Under the pieces are notes generated by a model that searched no databases, was not told the DNA's origin, and saw nothing but the letters and a program-made list of their open reading frames with translations. A DNA stretch of 63,740 nucleotides, filler included, from Reticulomyxa filosa (lineage: Eukaryota; Protista; Foraminifera), in assembly GCA_000512085.1 (NCBI GenBank). It is 11 parts of 11 records of this genome, joined end to end, with 100 filler letters (N's around TTAATTAATTAA, not from the genome) between each part and the next. Parts side by side here need not be neighbours in the genome. Positions count along the whole stretch, not along the records: positions 50,882 to 54,773 come from ASPP01000664.1; positions 54,874 to 57,931 come from ASPP01019606.1; positions 58,032 to 61,660 come from ASPP01005992.1; positions 61,761 to 63,740 come from ASPP01049775.1; 7 more parts are not named here. One strand, given 5' to 3'. The translations under genes were made by a program, and so were the position numbers. Positions 51,133 through 63,740 of the stretch are shown here, piece by piece. Positions within the stretch are counted from its first letter, which is position 1. Each line of letters begins with the position of its first letter.

Positions 51133-52211
51133 ATATACAATAATTGCAATTATCATTACACAATCTCTATATATACTCCAATAAGTCATCCAATCTAATT
51201 GTCGACATTATCAACAATTATCAATCATCGTAACTACTGGGATCCATACAAAAAGAAAGATCCTTCAAAATAATTTTAAAAATAAATATATATATTTATA
51301 CGTATCCAGAATTAAATGGACTGACAATCCAACGACGGAGACTTGTTGTTCTAACATTACTTATCGCAATCCTTTTTTTTATTTATTCACCAATGGTCGA
51401 TACACGTAACAGCTCGGTAGTCAAATCTTTGCATCTACTGTATTACATATCAATTCTCAACATTTTTCTATACAATTTCGCTAGTACGTATTTTGTGAAA
51501 TCGTCAAAGTAGTCGTGTTATCAAGACATTAAGCAGTAATGTGTAATAACTGATAATCACTTGAACTACCCCAAAAAAGGTCATACAATTAAATAATTTT
51601 GAGTCTATTATGACTCTGACTGTTTCTAATGCTATTGACGTTTCTGAGTCATTTTTTGGTTTCAAATCATAAAAATTTCAATGCTCAAAATATGGATTAC
51701 TAATTTGTGGTGTGATTGTGCTTGATGATGGAATATATTTATGTGATAGTAACAATAATTTTGAAAATGAAATTGCAAGTATTCGAAATTATCGTAACAA
51801 GATATTGTGATTACACAAAATAATTTATGCACTGCTTTTGCGTTTTTTCTCCATGAATTGTATGTTAACAAAAGTAATAACATTTCATCATCCAAAAGAA
51901 GTAATTGAAATTTAAAAAACTGTAGTCTACTCTTTTTTTGTTACCTCTTTTTTTCCAAGCAAGGAAAGCTTGATAAAGAGTGACTTGAAGCATTTTTTAA
52001 AACCTTCAGTCTTTAAAGTCTTGCCCGTACTGTTCAACCCCAAATTGTTAGTCTTTATCGCACTCCAAAGAAGAGTTTTTAAGAGACAAAAAACCCAGCT
52101 CAAAAGGATTTGCAAACAAAAACCTAGAAAAATCTTGCAAAATTTATAAAACAAAATAAACTTTTTTTCTTCACGATTGTCCCCTAAAAGATAAAGAGAA
52201 ATATAAACTCA

Positions 52212-53410
52212 ATGGCCACATCCACTCCAAGTAGTGCGTTGCGTCGGCGAAGAGAGACACGCGAACTGGCAGAGGCTCATTTTGTGAACCTGTTGTTGCG
52301 TGACAGTGAGAACAGCAGCAACGGGATGATAAACTTTGACAATCAATCGCAGAAAGTGGAAAAGCCAATGAGCAATGTGATAAAAGATACGTCAGAAAAG
52401 AAGCCGCAAGGCACGCAAAATGGCAGTGAGAAGGCAAATGCAGGTGGGGTAGTGAGATCAAGACGAGGGACAATTGTAAGGCATTGGAATCCATTGCAGC
52501 AAAGCACATTGAGCAATGAAAACAAGACAACAAAATGTGAAGTGACATTCAAGTATCGTCCGTTTGGATTTAGTATTTCAGCAGATGAAAATGGGTTGAA
52601 CGCGATTATCACCAAAGTCTATACTTCGGAGTGCATTAAGAAAGGTATTAACAAGTTACATTTATATATATATAAATGTACATATATTATATAATGTACA
52701 TATATAAATATATATATGTATATACATATATGTGTGTATTGATTTGTGAATCCATGCCAAACACTTTTTTTTTTTTTTTTGCAAATATAGGTCTTTGCGT
52801 TGGATATTGTGTTGCACAAGTGAATGGAGAGTTTGTTTTGGACAAACCTCATTCTGCCATTTTGGAAATGCTTCAGACATTCCCACTGCCTTGTCGTCTC
52901 ACTTTTATTGATGTTTCGCAATTCGAATTTATTCCTTTTCAATTTCATTCTTATAATAATAATAATAATAATATATATATGTACATGTATATATTTGTGT
53001 TTTGTTTTTGCTTGTGAATACAATACAAAGAGGGGCCAAGAGTGCCAAGTGACGTTTCGGTCGAAACCATTGGGGTTTTCAATTCTTCGCGATGAAAACA
53101 AGCGAAATGCCAGAGTGTGGGAGGTGAAATCAATACAAGCGCAAGCCACTGGTGTTTGTCCTGATTGGGTCCTCATCAAGATCAATGACATCCACGTCTG
53201 GGGAAAACTACACGACGAAATTGTCGATATCATCAAATCAGAGCCATTGCCCATTACATGCACTTTTCGAGCTGTTTTGTTTTCTCCTCTCCATTTTTTT
53301 TTTTTCCTTGTTAAAAAGTATCCTATAGTATTGATGTTGCACCCCCTTTTTTTTTTTTTGTTTTTATATAGACTCCACCGCTACAAAGGCCAATTCTTGC
53401 TCAAGACTGA
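52212..53410 (+). CDS. Protein with two tandem PDZ-like domains, 4 exons
   Basis: 'VTFKYRPFGFSI...VAQVNGEFVLDKPHSAILEML...LPCRLTF' and 'VTFRSKPLGFSI...LIKINDIHVWGKLHDEIVDII...LPITCTF'. Confidence 0.8.
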
Positions 53411-54219
53411 CATATATTTCTACTGTGCACATTTTTTTTTTTTTTTTCCGTCGCAGGGAGGGTTTGTCACCACAAAGTTTCCTTGCTCTTTTTCTTCGGT
53501 TCTTCTTCTTTTGTTGTGACGCAACCACAACAACAAAAACAAAGCGCTAACTCCTTTTTTCTTTTGTTTTGTCTTGTTCCCTTACAAAAAAAGAGATTTA
53601 ATATGTTGATTTGTATTCGATTATGATGATAGCTAAAGTTAGTATTTTTTCCATGTCTCTTTGCATGGCTTTACGCAGGTTGAAAAAAAACATCATACTC
53701 AATATAAGCTGTCCTTTCCTTTTGCATATTACGATTGAACACGTTACATGTTTTAGTCATTCGGTTTGAAGACAGTTGTATTTACAAATTAACAAAAATA
53801 TTTACGTAAATATTTACAACATTACAATATAAGCATACATTCGTTCGTCAAGTCTGCAGAAATTCCTGTATGAAAATATAACACTAGCTCTGTTGTTTGC
53901 AAGCTTCCTTTTTCGAAAAAAAAATATTTATTTATTTATTAATTAAATTTAAGAAACATTTTGCTTTTGCTTTGCAAAGAATTTGCAGCATTTTGCTCGT
54001 ATACATTTTTTTGTTTAAAGTGAGTGTGGTTCGCGACATGTGTTGATATCGTTTTTTTTTTTTTTGTTCGCTGAGAGGTCATTGAACCACGTTTGAAAGA
54101 AGCAAGCGTGGTTCGTGTGTATTGTGATTGACATTGGAGATAGTCAGCAGAGGGGAGTGTGCAGTCAAAGTACTTATTAAATCTAGGATCATAGAAAAAA
54201 AAAAAAAAAAAAGAAGAGG

Positions 54220-54733
54220 ATGGGCAACTGTGGTGCGTGTGTAGTAGAAAACCGAGAAGACTCGGTGTCGCGTTCAAAGGAGTCACAAAGCGACCATGGT
54301 GCGAAAGGAACAAAAGCTACAACACCAACAACAAGTAAGAAAGAAGAAAAAGTGAATGAAGTGAAAACAGAAGCGAATAGTGGCAGCAATGGCACAGAGA
54401 AGGAAGCATTGACAGTGAAGCATACCAGTGTGAAAAAGCCACAAGCAACTGACGACAACAGAGCAAGCAGCGAATTGAAACCCAAACCAAGCAACAAGAA
54501 ACAATTCACATTTGTGCCGGAGGACCACGTTATGTCCAATACATACAGCCTGTTTGAGGTGGAAAAAGAGCTCGGGAGGGGAGCCTCATGTCGCGTGTTG
54601 CGAGTCTCACGCAAGTCGGACAAAAAGCTCATGGCCATGAAAGAGATGCGCAAAGATGATCGGTGGAACCCTATGTTGTTTGAACAAGAAGTCTTTATGT
54701 TACAAAAATTGTCAGGGCATCCCAATATTTTGC

Positions 54734-54735
<2 letters not shown>
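54220..54735 (+). CDS. CaMK/CDPK-like Ser/Thr kinase, first exon only, with predicted N-myristoylation and palmitoylation
   Basis: 'MGNCGAC', 'ELGRGASCRV', 'MAMKEM', 'FEQEVFML', 'GHPNILQ'; cut by spacer. Confidence 0.88.
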
Positions 54736-54773
<38 letters not shown>

Positions 54774-55540
54774 NNNNNNNNNNNNNNNNNNNNNNNNNNN
54801 NNNNNNNNNNNNNNNNNTTAATTAATTAANNNNNNNNNNNNNNNNNNNNNNNNNNNNNNNNNNNNNNNNNNNNATATATCATATATTTATACAATATATT
54901 TACATACATACATATATTTAAAAAAAAGGGGGACATTATTTTTTTTTTTTTTATGCTTGAGGGGGGTCATGAAACTTCCAAACTTTAGAATATTTGACTT
55001 GATAATAAAAACCACGCTCATCCTTTTCTATGTGGTGGTGGAAAAATAATGATTTGCTTACTCCACCAAAACTGCTCTCTGTTTCTGGCGTTGTTTCGGC
55101 ACTTTTTTTTTTATTCATGTTTATGGAGACTTTGATTGAATGGATTACACCAAAATAAACACATTGCAAAACAACATAAATAATAGACACCCGGAGAGGT
55201 TCTGAATTTCAACGGCCATGATTAGTTGGAAGGGGCTTTTTTTTAAAAAATTTCTAGCTGAACGATTTGTTTGTAGTTGAGTAGCGAATACTTTAATTTC
55301 CCTCTTGTTTTACACATAAAATTACCTAAATATTGTTGGATCAGTTATAAATAGTATATTTTTAATTGTATTTGGTAATTTTCTATTATTTACCAAAGTA
55401 AAGTAATCTAAAGTAAATGATCAAGATTTGCGCTGAAAGTATTAAGCAAGCAAAGTATAAGTGCTGTCCCAAAAGCTTTTCAAAGTCAGACAGGCAACAA
55501 AAGTTAGTAAAACAGGTTCCCTTTTTTTTAAATAAAAAAA

Positions 55541-56821
55541 ATGAAGCAATTATTGATACTCGTGTGTTTGTGGCTATGTGCAACCTGCACCGTGACTTTT
55601 CCACGTTTCAGTTGGACTCGAGTGCCAGTGTACTGGCAAGCTTGCAATGCGTCTGGCTCTTTTAACGCCACAGCTGTGGAGGTACTAACAAGATATTCAT
55701 TTGTGGTGATTGAAAAAGGACAAGGTGAAAATGGGACAATACCGGGTTATTATGCAGAAGATTACATGTTGCAAGCGGCACAACAATTGAAAGCAGCGGA
55801 CCCTGGATTGCAAGTGTATTTTTATTTGAATTCAGTATTGGATTGGCCAATGTACCGAATGCATTACGTTTTAGAAATATACATGTGTATATATGTGTGT
55901 TTTTTTTTTTTTAAAAAAAAGGGAACTTCCAAGTTCATTTTTTTTAATAGACATTTTTAAATCATTCGAAATGGTGGTTGCGCAATTACACGCAAAATGT
56001 GGATCATATATCTGGAGATCCAAGTTTCAATGGTTGGGAGAATATGTTAGTGTTTGACTTGTCTCAGCAAGACTGTTTATCATTTTGGGCGACAGAGTGT
56101 TTGAACATGACATTGACTGGATATTTTGACGGATGCAATGCAGATCGTGTATACTCTTTGTTGATTAATGGATAAGAATCAAATAAATTACACAACGCAA
56201 ATGCATTACATCAATCGTAAATTGAGTGTGATGACATGGTTGCAATCGCAGTTTAATGATTATAATAAAGGCGTAATGTTTCTAAACTTTGGTTCGCCGG
56301 TGCCTGGCGTTTACGGTATGAGTTTGGAAGGCTTCAAACCTACCGAAAGCGCCTTGCTCACACTGGTCGAACAAGTGCAATTCCGACAAGGAAATGCATC
56401 GAGACTGGCACTAAAGGTCCACGGAGGATATCAATTCGGCTGCGAAGGGTCCTCCTTTCAAAGTGTATTGGCTGCATTTTTAATTGGAGCCAGTCAATAT
56501 TGTTGGTTTACTTGTAGCCAAGGCTATTACATTACCGATAATATTGGATGGTATCCTGAATATAATTATTCACTTGGACCTCCTATTGGCGATGCCGTCA
56601 AAGTCTCGGATACGTATATACGCGAATTTGCAAGTGGCACCGTTGCTGTGTTTAATGCCTCCACAGGCAATGGCACTGTGTTTTGGGTTGATTTTTATCC
56701 CACTCCAAATCACTTCCCTCTGTGGCTCCAGAATTTACTTGTCAAACAACATTCAATTGGCATAAACATCTTTCATGTCTTGCAACAAACCAAACAAAAA
56801 TCACACCTCAATGCACTTTAA
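55541..56821 (+). CDS. Secreted putative glycoside hydrolase (GHL15-like); one intron plus a frameshift or mini-intron near 56150-56176
   Basis: Signal peptide; 'PRFSWTRVPVY', 'VVIEKGQG', 'AAQQLKAADP...YFYLNSVLDW', 'FDGCNADR', 'LAAFLIGA', 'WYPEYNYSLGPPIGDA...YIREFASGT'. Confidence 0.75.
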
Positions 56822-58299
56822 TGTGTTTTCCAATTTCTTTGTAAAAAAAAAACAGGCCATTTCACGATAATAATGTTTTACTTACTCATCATTATACTGT
56901 GGTATTACAATTCACATTTGCAATCTTTCTTATTTTTTTTTTTTTTTTAGGCTATTCGCTTCTTTTTGCCGACATTTCAGCTATAGTGCTAAAAGGCTTT
57001 TTTGAAAGGTTTTCATAACATAAGCTTTCAATCATATCACCTCTCTTGTCAAAAATTCCAAATTTTTATTAAACCAAAAGCGAGGACTGTTATATGGAAT
57101 ATATTTCCATGTCAAATATAATAAATATCTTACTGAAATACAATGTTAATAAAAATGCCTTTATTGCTTGTGTATTTGTTCAGTGTTTCCCAAATTTAAA
57201 AACTTTAAAAAAAAGTGTTATGTATGTACAATGAAAATGATGTTTAAAATGTAATTCATTTATATATTGAAAAAAAATACACATATCAACGAAATGAAAT
57301 TGATTTGAAATATAATATTTTCTAAACCAAACATAATATTATAATTTTTAATATATACATATATGTGTATGTCCACAAAAATAAGCACATGTATGACACT
57401 TTTTAAAAAATAATTTTTAACATTTGTATGATAATTTTTTGCTTGCAATGACAATGGGATGACATTTCAAATCCCTGTCCCTGTGACATTCAATTATAAT
57501 ATATTTCTTGAAATATTTAAATGAAATCACATATATCGCGTCAATTTTAATAGGATATCATTGTTTATATTGACTTGCTCTCTTCCATTCAATCTTTGCA
57601 ATTATTTCTCATTTACTTGAACAAGATTTCCTTTTGTCACAATTAAGAGAAATAAATTCAATCCAAAAGGAATAAAGTATTTCTTGATGTGCTAAATTTG
57701 ATAAGATAGAGTTTTGTTAACAATCATTTGAAAAAACTCTTCTAAATTTGCATTTCAGCTTTGCAACAAAGATTACAAATTGAAAAACTGTGCCGTAATA
57801 CTAAATTAAGGCTCTGACAAAAGGAGAGATAGTAAACTTCTTTAATTTAACGTGTCCCCCATAACACTCTTTTTTGTTAATTGTAAATGACTTCAAAATA
57901 CAAGCGAGGTAAGCTCTCAAAGCAAACAGGANNNNNNNNNNNNNNNNNNNNNNNNNNNNNNNNNNNNNNNNNNNNTTAATTAATTAANNNNNNNNNNNNN
58001 NNNNNNNNNNNNNNNNNNNNNNNNNNNNNNNAATTTATCTTTAACACACATCGACAGTGCACTAAACAAAACACAGGGAAAAAAAAAAGCATTTAAAAAA
58101 TAAATCAAAACAACTTTTTTAATTGACATTTTAAAATTGATATTAAAATATTGAAACTTTGAGTGCGTTTAAGAAAAGAGTTTCTGTTAGTATGCTAGTT
58201 GGTGGATCTAGAATTCGATCTGTAGTAAAGAAATTTAATATAATTATATCTTCGGTTTTGGCTGTAGTCATATAAGTGTAATTAAACCTTAAAAAGAAA

Positions 58300-59003
58300 A
58301 GCTGGATCTGGCAGTTCAGAGAAGATTTATCATGTCACAAAACTAAAAAAATAATGGATTTGCTTAAAGAAAATAATAGAACTGATAAATTTTACTGCTA
58401 ATTCAACAGACATAAATCCAATTTAGAACATTTAGTGTATAATTAAAGTAAAATTATATAAATGCGAAAAAATTAACAACAAACAATAACTTTTTGAAAA
58501 TTTGAAAAAACATTTGAAAAAAATGACACTAAACTATGTCAAGATCTAGTTAAGCCAATGCCAATGAGAATTGAAACTTTAATCAATGCACAAGGAAAAT
58601 CAGTAAAATACTAAAAACATTACAAAAAAAAATTTTTAACAAAAATATTTTTTAAAAATTTCAAATAATCAAAAAAAATGTTTCAACATTTTGTTAAAAA
58701 TTACGAAAGATACAATGGTAATTTTTTTAAAAAGTATCTACGTGACTTGAAGATTCCTAAAATGAAAATAAAAAGATTTAAAAATTTCTTATTTTCAATA
58801 CATGTTCAATTTATGTGAACTAATTCGAAATTTTTAAAAATCATTTCAAAAAATCATATTTTTGATCAACCTAGAAAAAACTTATTATAAAACCAATTTC
58901 ATATTTAAAAACTACAAGATTAGTGGATATTTTTTTTAAAAATAGGTTTAAATCTCTTCATATAATGCCATTTAGTTATGTCAGTTTTTTGCAATCTACT
59001 GTA
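58300..59003 (+). mobile_element. Decayed Tc1 transposon 3' half with right terminus
   Basis: 'SCHKTKKIMDLLKENN', 'ANSTDINPI*NI', 'LCQDLVKPMPMRIETLINAQGKSVKY*' (Tc1 C-terminus); ends ...CTACTG|TA and shares 'atatttaaaaactaca' with the other termini. Confidence 0.88.
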
Positions 59004-59867
59004 GCCATATGCAATATACATAGTGTCAATGTATAGAAGCTAGAAACTGTACATAATGCAAAAAAACAAAACAAACTGGTTTTTCAAATGGAAGATCTTT
59101 TAATAATAACCAGTTCCGACAGAATATCCACAGACCATCTTTGTTTTGAAAATAAGTTTGAAACAAGTATGTTTTCACCAGTAACTGTGTATGACATATT
59201 TTTTAAAATGTATTTCAACTCACTTCTTTTCTCTCCTACAAGACTCTTTCTCTTTTTTTTTCATGTTTGTCACACTTTATGCAAATGCACAACATAATTC
59301 ACATGTCGTGTAACTCTATTGATTATTTCAAATTTTCTTCAACACTTTCAATGCTTTACCGCTACACATTCTATTGTTACCTGTCGCAGTCGTTATCATT
59401 ATCTGTCGTAATACAGTGTCAGCAACAGAAATAGTATGCAATAGTAGGCATTGTTTATCTTCGCACAAATACAGAAATTTTTGGAACTTTGTGAGGCGAG
59501 AAAAATTAGATAAAATCTCTTTGCATTGTCACAGCTCTAAAAGTACATTTCAAAAAGAAAATCTCATTGCAGACGCTTCCACTTCACTTTACTTTAACTG
59601 TACGCTCTCTTAGAACGTTTTCCTGCTTATTTTTTTTGACACTTTCTGCGTCTAATGAATAAATAAGAATTTCTGTTGGAAATGGGTTAAATTGTTTTAA
59701 TTCATATTACCTCTGATTCTCAAAAGACCAGTATTTGAAGCACACTGTTTAGTTTTCTATTTAAAAAAGAGTGTCCAAAGAAGTGAATATCATACCATAT
59801 AAATCAGGATAACTATTTAAGAGTTGTTTTCAAAAAAAAAAAAAAATCAATTTATACATTATCAAAA

Positions 59868-60599
59868 ATGATGAATGCAGAGCTTGTGACCTCGGACGTT
59901 AGTTCGCAACCACAATCTTATTCAACTACAAGTGGAGTGGAATATCCAAGTACAAGTGCGCCATCATTGGGAATGGGGAGTGGAGGAACGGCGCCACCGT
60001 TTGTCGGGAACACATTTTCACAAAGTTCTGCAATAGGATCAACAAGTAATAAGAAGCAGTCAATTTTTGACGACGACTTGAATGCGCACATGAACAAGTC
60101 GGTATCACTAAGTGCATTTAGTCATTTGTTTTGTGGTTTGTTGCAATATTGCCGAGAGGGGATAAAGGACGTGGGGACACTGGAAAATCGTTTGTCCGGG
60201 ATCGGGTATCAAATCGGTATCAAACAATTGGAGTTGATAACGCATCGTTTACGGCCAATGAAACGCGAAACCAATCATGTGAGCATGTTGGAGTTTATCA
60301 CAAAAGACTGTTGGAAACATATATTTGGAAGGCTCGCTGACGGATTGGAACAATCGATGCAAAATGACAATGAGTTTTTCATTGTGGATCATAAGCCCGT
60401 CACTAATCGTTTTGTTAGCTTACCTCCTGATATGGTCACTTTTAACCCCGCCTCATTCATTGCTGGCATCATTCACGGCATGCTTGAAAGTGCTGGGTTC
60501 AAATGCAATGTCATTGCTTTGGACCAAGAAAGTGACAACGAGTCAAAAAGACCAAAGAGAACTTTGTTCATTGTTCAATTTAAAAACTTGCATAAGTAA
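59868..60599 (+). CDS. TRAPPC5: Trafficking protein particle complex subunit 5 (Trs31), intronless
   Basis: 'VSLSAFSHLF...LENRLSGIGYQIG...KRETNHVSMLEFI...WKHIFGRLADGLEQS...NRFVSLP...NPASFIAGIIHGML...F'. Confidence 0.95.
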   Translation: MMNAELVTSDVSSQPQSYSTTSGVEYPSTSAPSLGMGSGGTAPPFVGNTFSQSSAIGSTSNKKQSIFDDDLNAHMNKSVSLSAFSHLFCGLLQYCREGIKDVGTLENRLSGIGYQIGIKQLELITHRLRPMKRETNHVSMLEFITKDCWKHIFGRLADGLEQSMQNDNEFFIVDHKPVTNRFVSLPPDMVTFNPASFIAGIIHGMLESAGFKCNVIALDQESDNESKRPKRTLFIVQFKNLHK

Positions 60600-61237
60600 A
60601 TAACATTCATTTTCTCATTTTACTTTTTTTTTTTTTTTTGCAAAAAAATTCATACATTTTTGGACGTTCAATATATACTAACTCACTAATCACTTGGCTC
60701 TCCTTCTTATTCGATTTAGAAAGAATATACCAAACATTCACTTCCTGTCGTCTCCCTTTTTTTTTTTGTGGAAAATTTTGCTAACAAACATTTTTTTTTT
60801 TAAGACCAACGAAACTCTCTTAAATTGTCAATATAAGTTTCAAAAGAGTATTTTTATTTATTTTGTCTTCTGTACCCACTTCTTCAATTTGTCGTCCCTG
60901 TTCGTGATGTGATTCGCATCTAATTCATCTTGGATATTTTATGATCCATTTTAATTATATGAAATAATATACATCAGACATAATATTGCAAATACCTACA
61001 ACAATTGTAATCTTTAATACGCCCTATCCACAAAAAATTATAAACAGATAACTGGACAAACGAAGAAAACTTGTCTGGTAAAGTGGCAAGTTTTTTTTTC
61101 TTTCCTCCCTTGCACACCAAAGACATCCAAAGGCAATCATTATTTTATAGTTTTATTGGGAGCAGAAAGGAACATCTCGTCCTGATCCACAACATATTTC
61201 TCATTTTTTTTGTTGTTTTCGCAGGTTGTGAGAAGAT

Positions 61238-61616
61238 ATGTCAACCGAATTAAGCGCAGAAACCTTGGCAAAAGTGGCGAAAATGAAAGAGCGAGTGGAG
61301 GCGGTATTGAGAAAAAGCGACACACACAGAAAAGAAACATTTTTTTTTGTTATATTTTTCCTTAAAAAAAATAGTCCGTTTGCATTGACCCCAACAACAC
61401 CAGACAATCACTGGTCGATTCAACTTCACCAACTCGAGACGCTTGAGGTGAACTTTTTTTTTCCTAAAAAAAAAAAAAAAAAAAAAATTTTGAACCCAAT
61501 CAAAAAAAAAAAAAAAAGAACTAAAAAAATGGAAGAGAACTTGCTTCGTTTGGAATCCAAAGGACTAACAGAAGAAGAGAAACGGGATAAATACATGGAA
61601 TATTTAATGGCCGAAA
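61238..61616 (+). CDS. Probable N-terminal (Mob-binding) region of an NDR/LATS-family kinase, 3 exons, cut by spacer
   Basis: Spliced 'MSTELSAETLAKVAKMKERVEATITGRFNFTNSRRLRTKKMEENLLRLESKGLTEEEKRDKYMEYLMAE' resembles the NDR N-terminal regulatory segment; no kinase domain visible. Confidence 0.5.
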
Positions 61617-63740
61617 GTTAAGTGCATTTTATTCCACAAAACAAAACAAAAAAAAAAAAANNNNNNNNNNNNNNNNNNNNNNNNNNNNNNNNNNNNNNNN
61701 NNNNTTAATTAATTAANNNNNNNNNNNNNNNNNNNNNNNNNNNNNNNNNNNNNNNNNNNNCAATCTTTTTCTTTTTTCTGTAGTCAGGTTATCAAAAAAA
61801 AAAAATGTTAGCACAAGGCGCACGTATTCAGCCAATCACTTTTCTGATTTTAAAAAAAAAAATGTATTGCTTTGATCTCATGCGTATAACAACTCAAATT
61901 GTGTTATGCATTATGAAAAATATGTATGCTGAGTTGTGTGACGAAATAACATGTTTGAAAAGAAAGATAACAACAATTGTAGACTTTTTGCACAGTCATC
62001 CCGCTTTTGTTGTGCTCCAAAAGCAGCTTTGAAATACTGTATGTTGGTAAAGCTATCCATGACGCGGTTGTCATGGGTCAAACGAGGGAACGAGTACAAG
62101 TCGGTTGGCGTGACGTTCTTCTTCACGAAAGTAACAAAATGAGAGACGTTAGTCGTTTTATTTGAATTATTTATTATTTTGTGTTGTAGAAGATTGTCTC
62201 TGTTTTTTTTATAACAATATCTCTTCAACTCTATCCATTTTGCTAAGGAGAAAGTACAGTAAATATTTTTTTTACAAATTCTGTTGTCATATCCATGAAT
62301 CACGCGCGAAATCAGTCTTTGATGAATATGTTCCAGAAAAATGATAATTCAGGTACCGCTCAAATGCTGATTAAAAGGCACAATCAATTGAAGGGCATAA
62401 TGCAAAAGTGCGTCGATTTTGTAATGACCAAGAAAAATTACAAAATTATCAAAGTTAACTCCGGATATTTGTCAATTTTCTGTATATGATGACTACATTT
62501 TCATTAATAACTAATCACAAAAAAAAATGTATGCAATGACATAGTCAAAAGGAGAATTTCAAAATGTCAAAAAGAAACTTGAAGAACTCGATGTTCGATT
62601 GAGAAATGTCAAAAATGCGTTGGATAGGAAGGATAACGTGGACGTGTCTGACTGTAAGGCCCAACTGTTTTCAGTTGCAGCTGATTTAGATGCATTAAAA
62701 CAAATGCTCACTGCTCTCGTAAGACAGCAAAAAGAATTGTAAACTTAAATCTTTTGTCAGTATCACTTCATCATTAATCTTGAAATGTGAGTTGAGGTGT
62801 AAGATTTGTTGTTTTTGTTTTGTGTAGTTAGAATTGCAATTTGTCATGTTTCATGTACACTAATACAAATCTTGATAACTAGTAAAAAATAGCGACTCTT
62901 TCAATATAGGAGATTTTGAAAATTCACTGTCTCTAAGTACTATCTTATTTAAAAGAAGTGTTTTTTTTTTTTTTCACAAGTTCCACTTGGATAGATAAAG
63001 TGAGTGCCAGTCTAAGTATAAAATTTTTTTTGCTGCAAAAGATATTTTCGTATGATAATTTTTTGTAAAAAAGTTAAAAAGAAAAACTTCCAACTTGAGC
63101 TACGGGCCACTGCTTCTATGGACCAGGCCAGCGACTTCGCAGCATGCGCTCACCATGGCAACCCCCCTCCTAGTTTCGTGATTTACCGTACAGAATTTGG
63201 ATGTTTTTGGGTTCTACTGTTGTAGAATTTTAATCTTTATGTAATGATTAATCTATATAGTTGACCTAAATTTTTTATCACTTTTTTTGCAGGGAAAATG
63301 TTGTTCATCTTCAAAGTAACACTTTCTTGTTGAACCTGCTAAACTTCTTTGAGGAAAAGCAAACACAAGCCAATTTGAATCACTCAAGTGTAAGCGAACC
63401 AAGCACGGATGCATAGCAAAATTTACGAATAAGAAAGTGTCTGTAAGATCGACAATTTTTATTGAAGCAATTTCAACAATGTTTGCAGTCAGCAAACTGG
63501 TTGATCAAGCATGAACATAATTTGTTATTGCAAGTACTACCATTTGAGTCAATGTTTGGTGTTGTTTTGGAGTGGCCTTGCTTTTGTTCATGTTGGTGCT
63601 CTTTGTGTTCGGTCTGTATTGTTCATTGATCGTGTTGATGTTGGACGTATAGCAAAATCAATTGCAAGGATATCTGATTTGTCTCTTTTGAGGGCAAAAG
63701 CATGTTGCTGTGGATAATCTTTTTCACAAACTTTTCTGGA

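Noticed and set aside
63085-63110. tRNA-like 5' half GGCCCGTAGCTCAAGTTGG on the minus strand
   Set aside because: No D-stem closure, anticodon arm or T-arm follows.
63212-63228. TTCTACTGTTGTAGA matches the Cas12a repeat stem-loop
   Set aside because: Single copy, no array or cas genes, eukaryotic context.
63250-63740. Possible decayed non-LTR retrotransposon on the minus strand
   Set aside because: Only vague similarity ('LSILQTLSYS...IRAWFAY'); no reverse transcriptase, endonuclease or RNase H motif is visible.

Overview
AT-rich, intron-rich eukaryotic DNA assembled from 11 segments joined by ten artificial 100-nt N/TTAATTAATTAA/N spacers, so adjacency across spacers is not biological evidence. 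The expanded WD40 and Kelch-like families carrying a 'IQHWIRxLxIKLGW' linker, the many pseudogenes and the homopolymer frameshifts resemble the foraminiferan Reticulomyxa filosa (inference from recalled family features). Recognisable genes: BIG-type Sec7 Arf-GEF, type II sulfotransferase, 7TM protein, WD40 and Kelch-WD40 proteins, an atypical SDR, a repeat-rich type I membrane protein, a ProP/MHS-like MFS transporter, formate dehydrogenase, bHLH-Zip factor, inorganic pyrophosphatase, DRC9/IQCG-like protein, tandem-PDZ protein, an acylated CaMK/CDPK-like kinase, a GHL15-like hydrolase, TRAPPC5 and a probable NDR-kinase N-terminus, plus decayed Tc1 transposons. Best leads: (1) a dispersed ~130-bp palindromic element with co-varying arms, next to broken Kelch-family genes; (2) unusual intron architecture, with GTT donors and often U-rich 5' and A-rich 3' ends; (3) a HOP/Sti1 TPR2A-like domain inserted in the Arf-GEF, which also has a brefeldin-resistance-type Met-to-Leu change; (4) an SDR lacking its catalytic Ser and Lys; (5) a GC-rich candidate snRNA-like island. 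All exon boundaries were inferred by eye.
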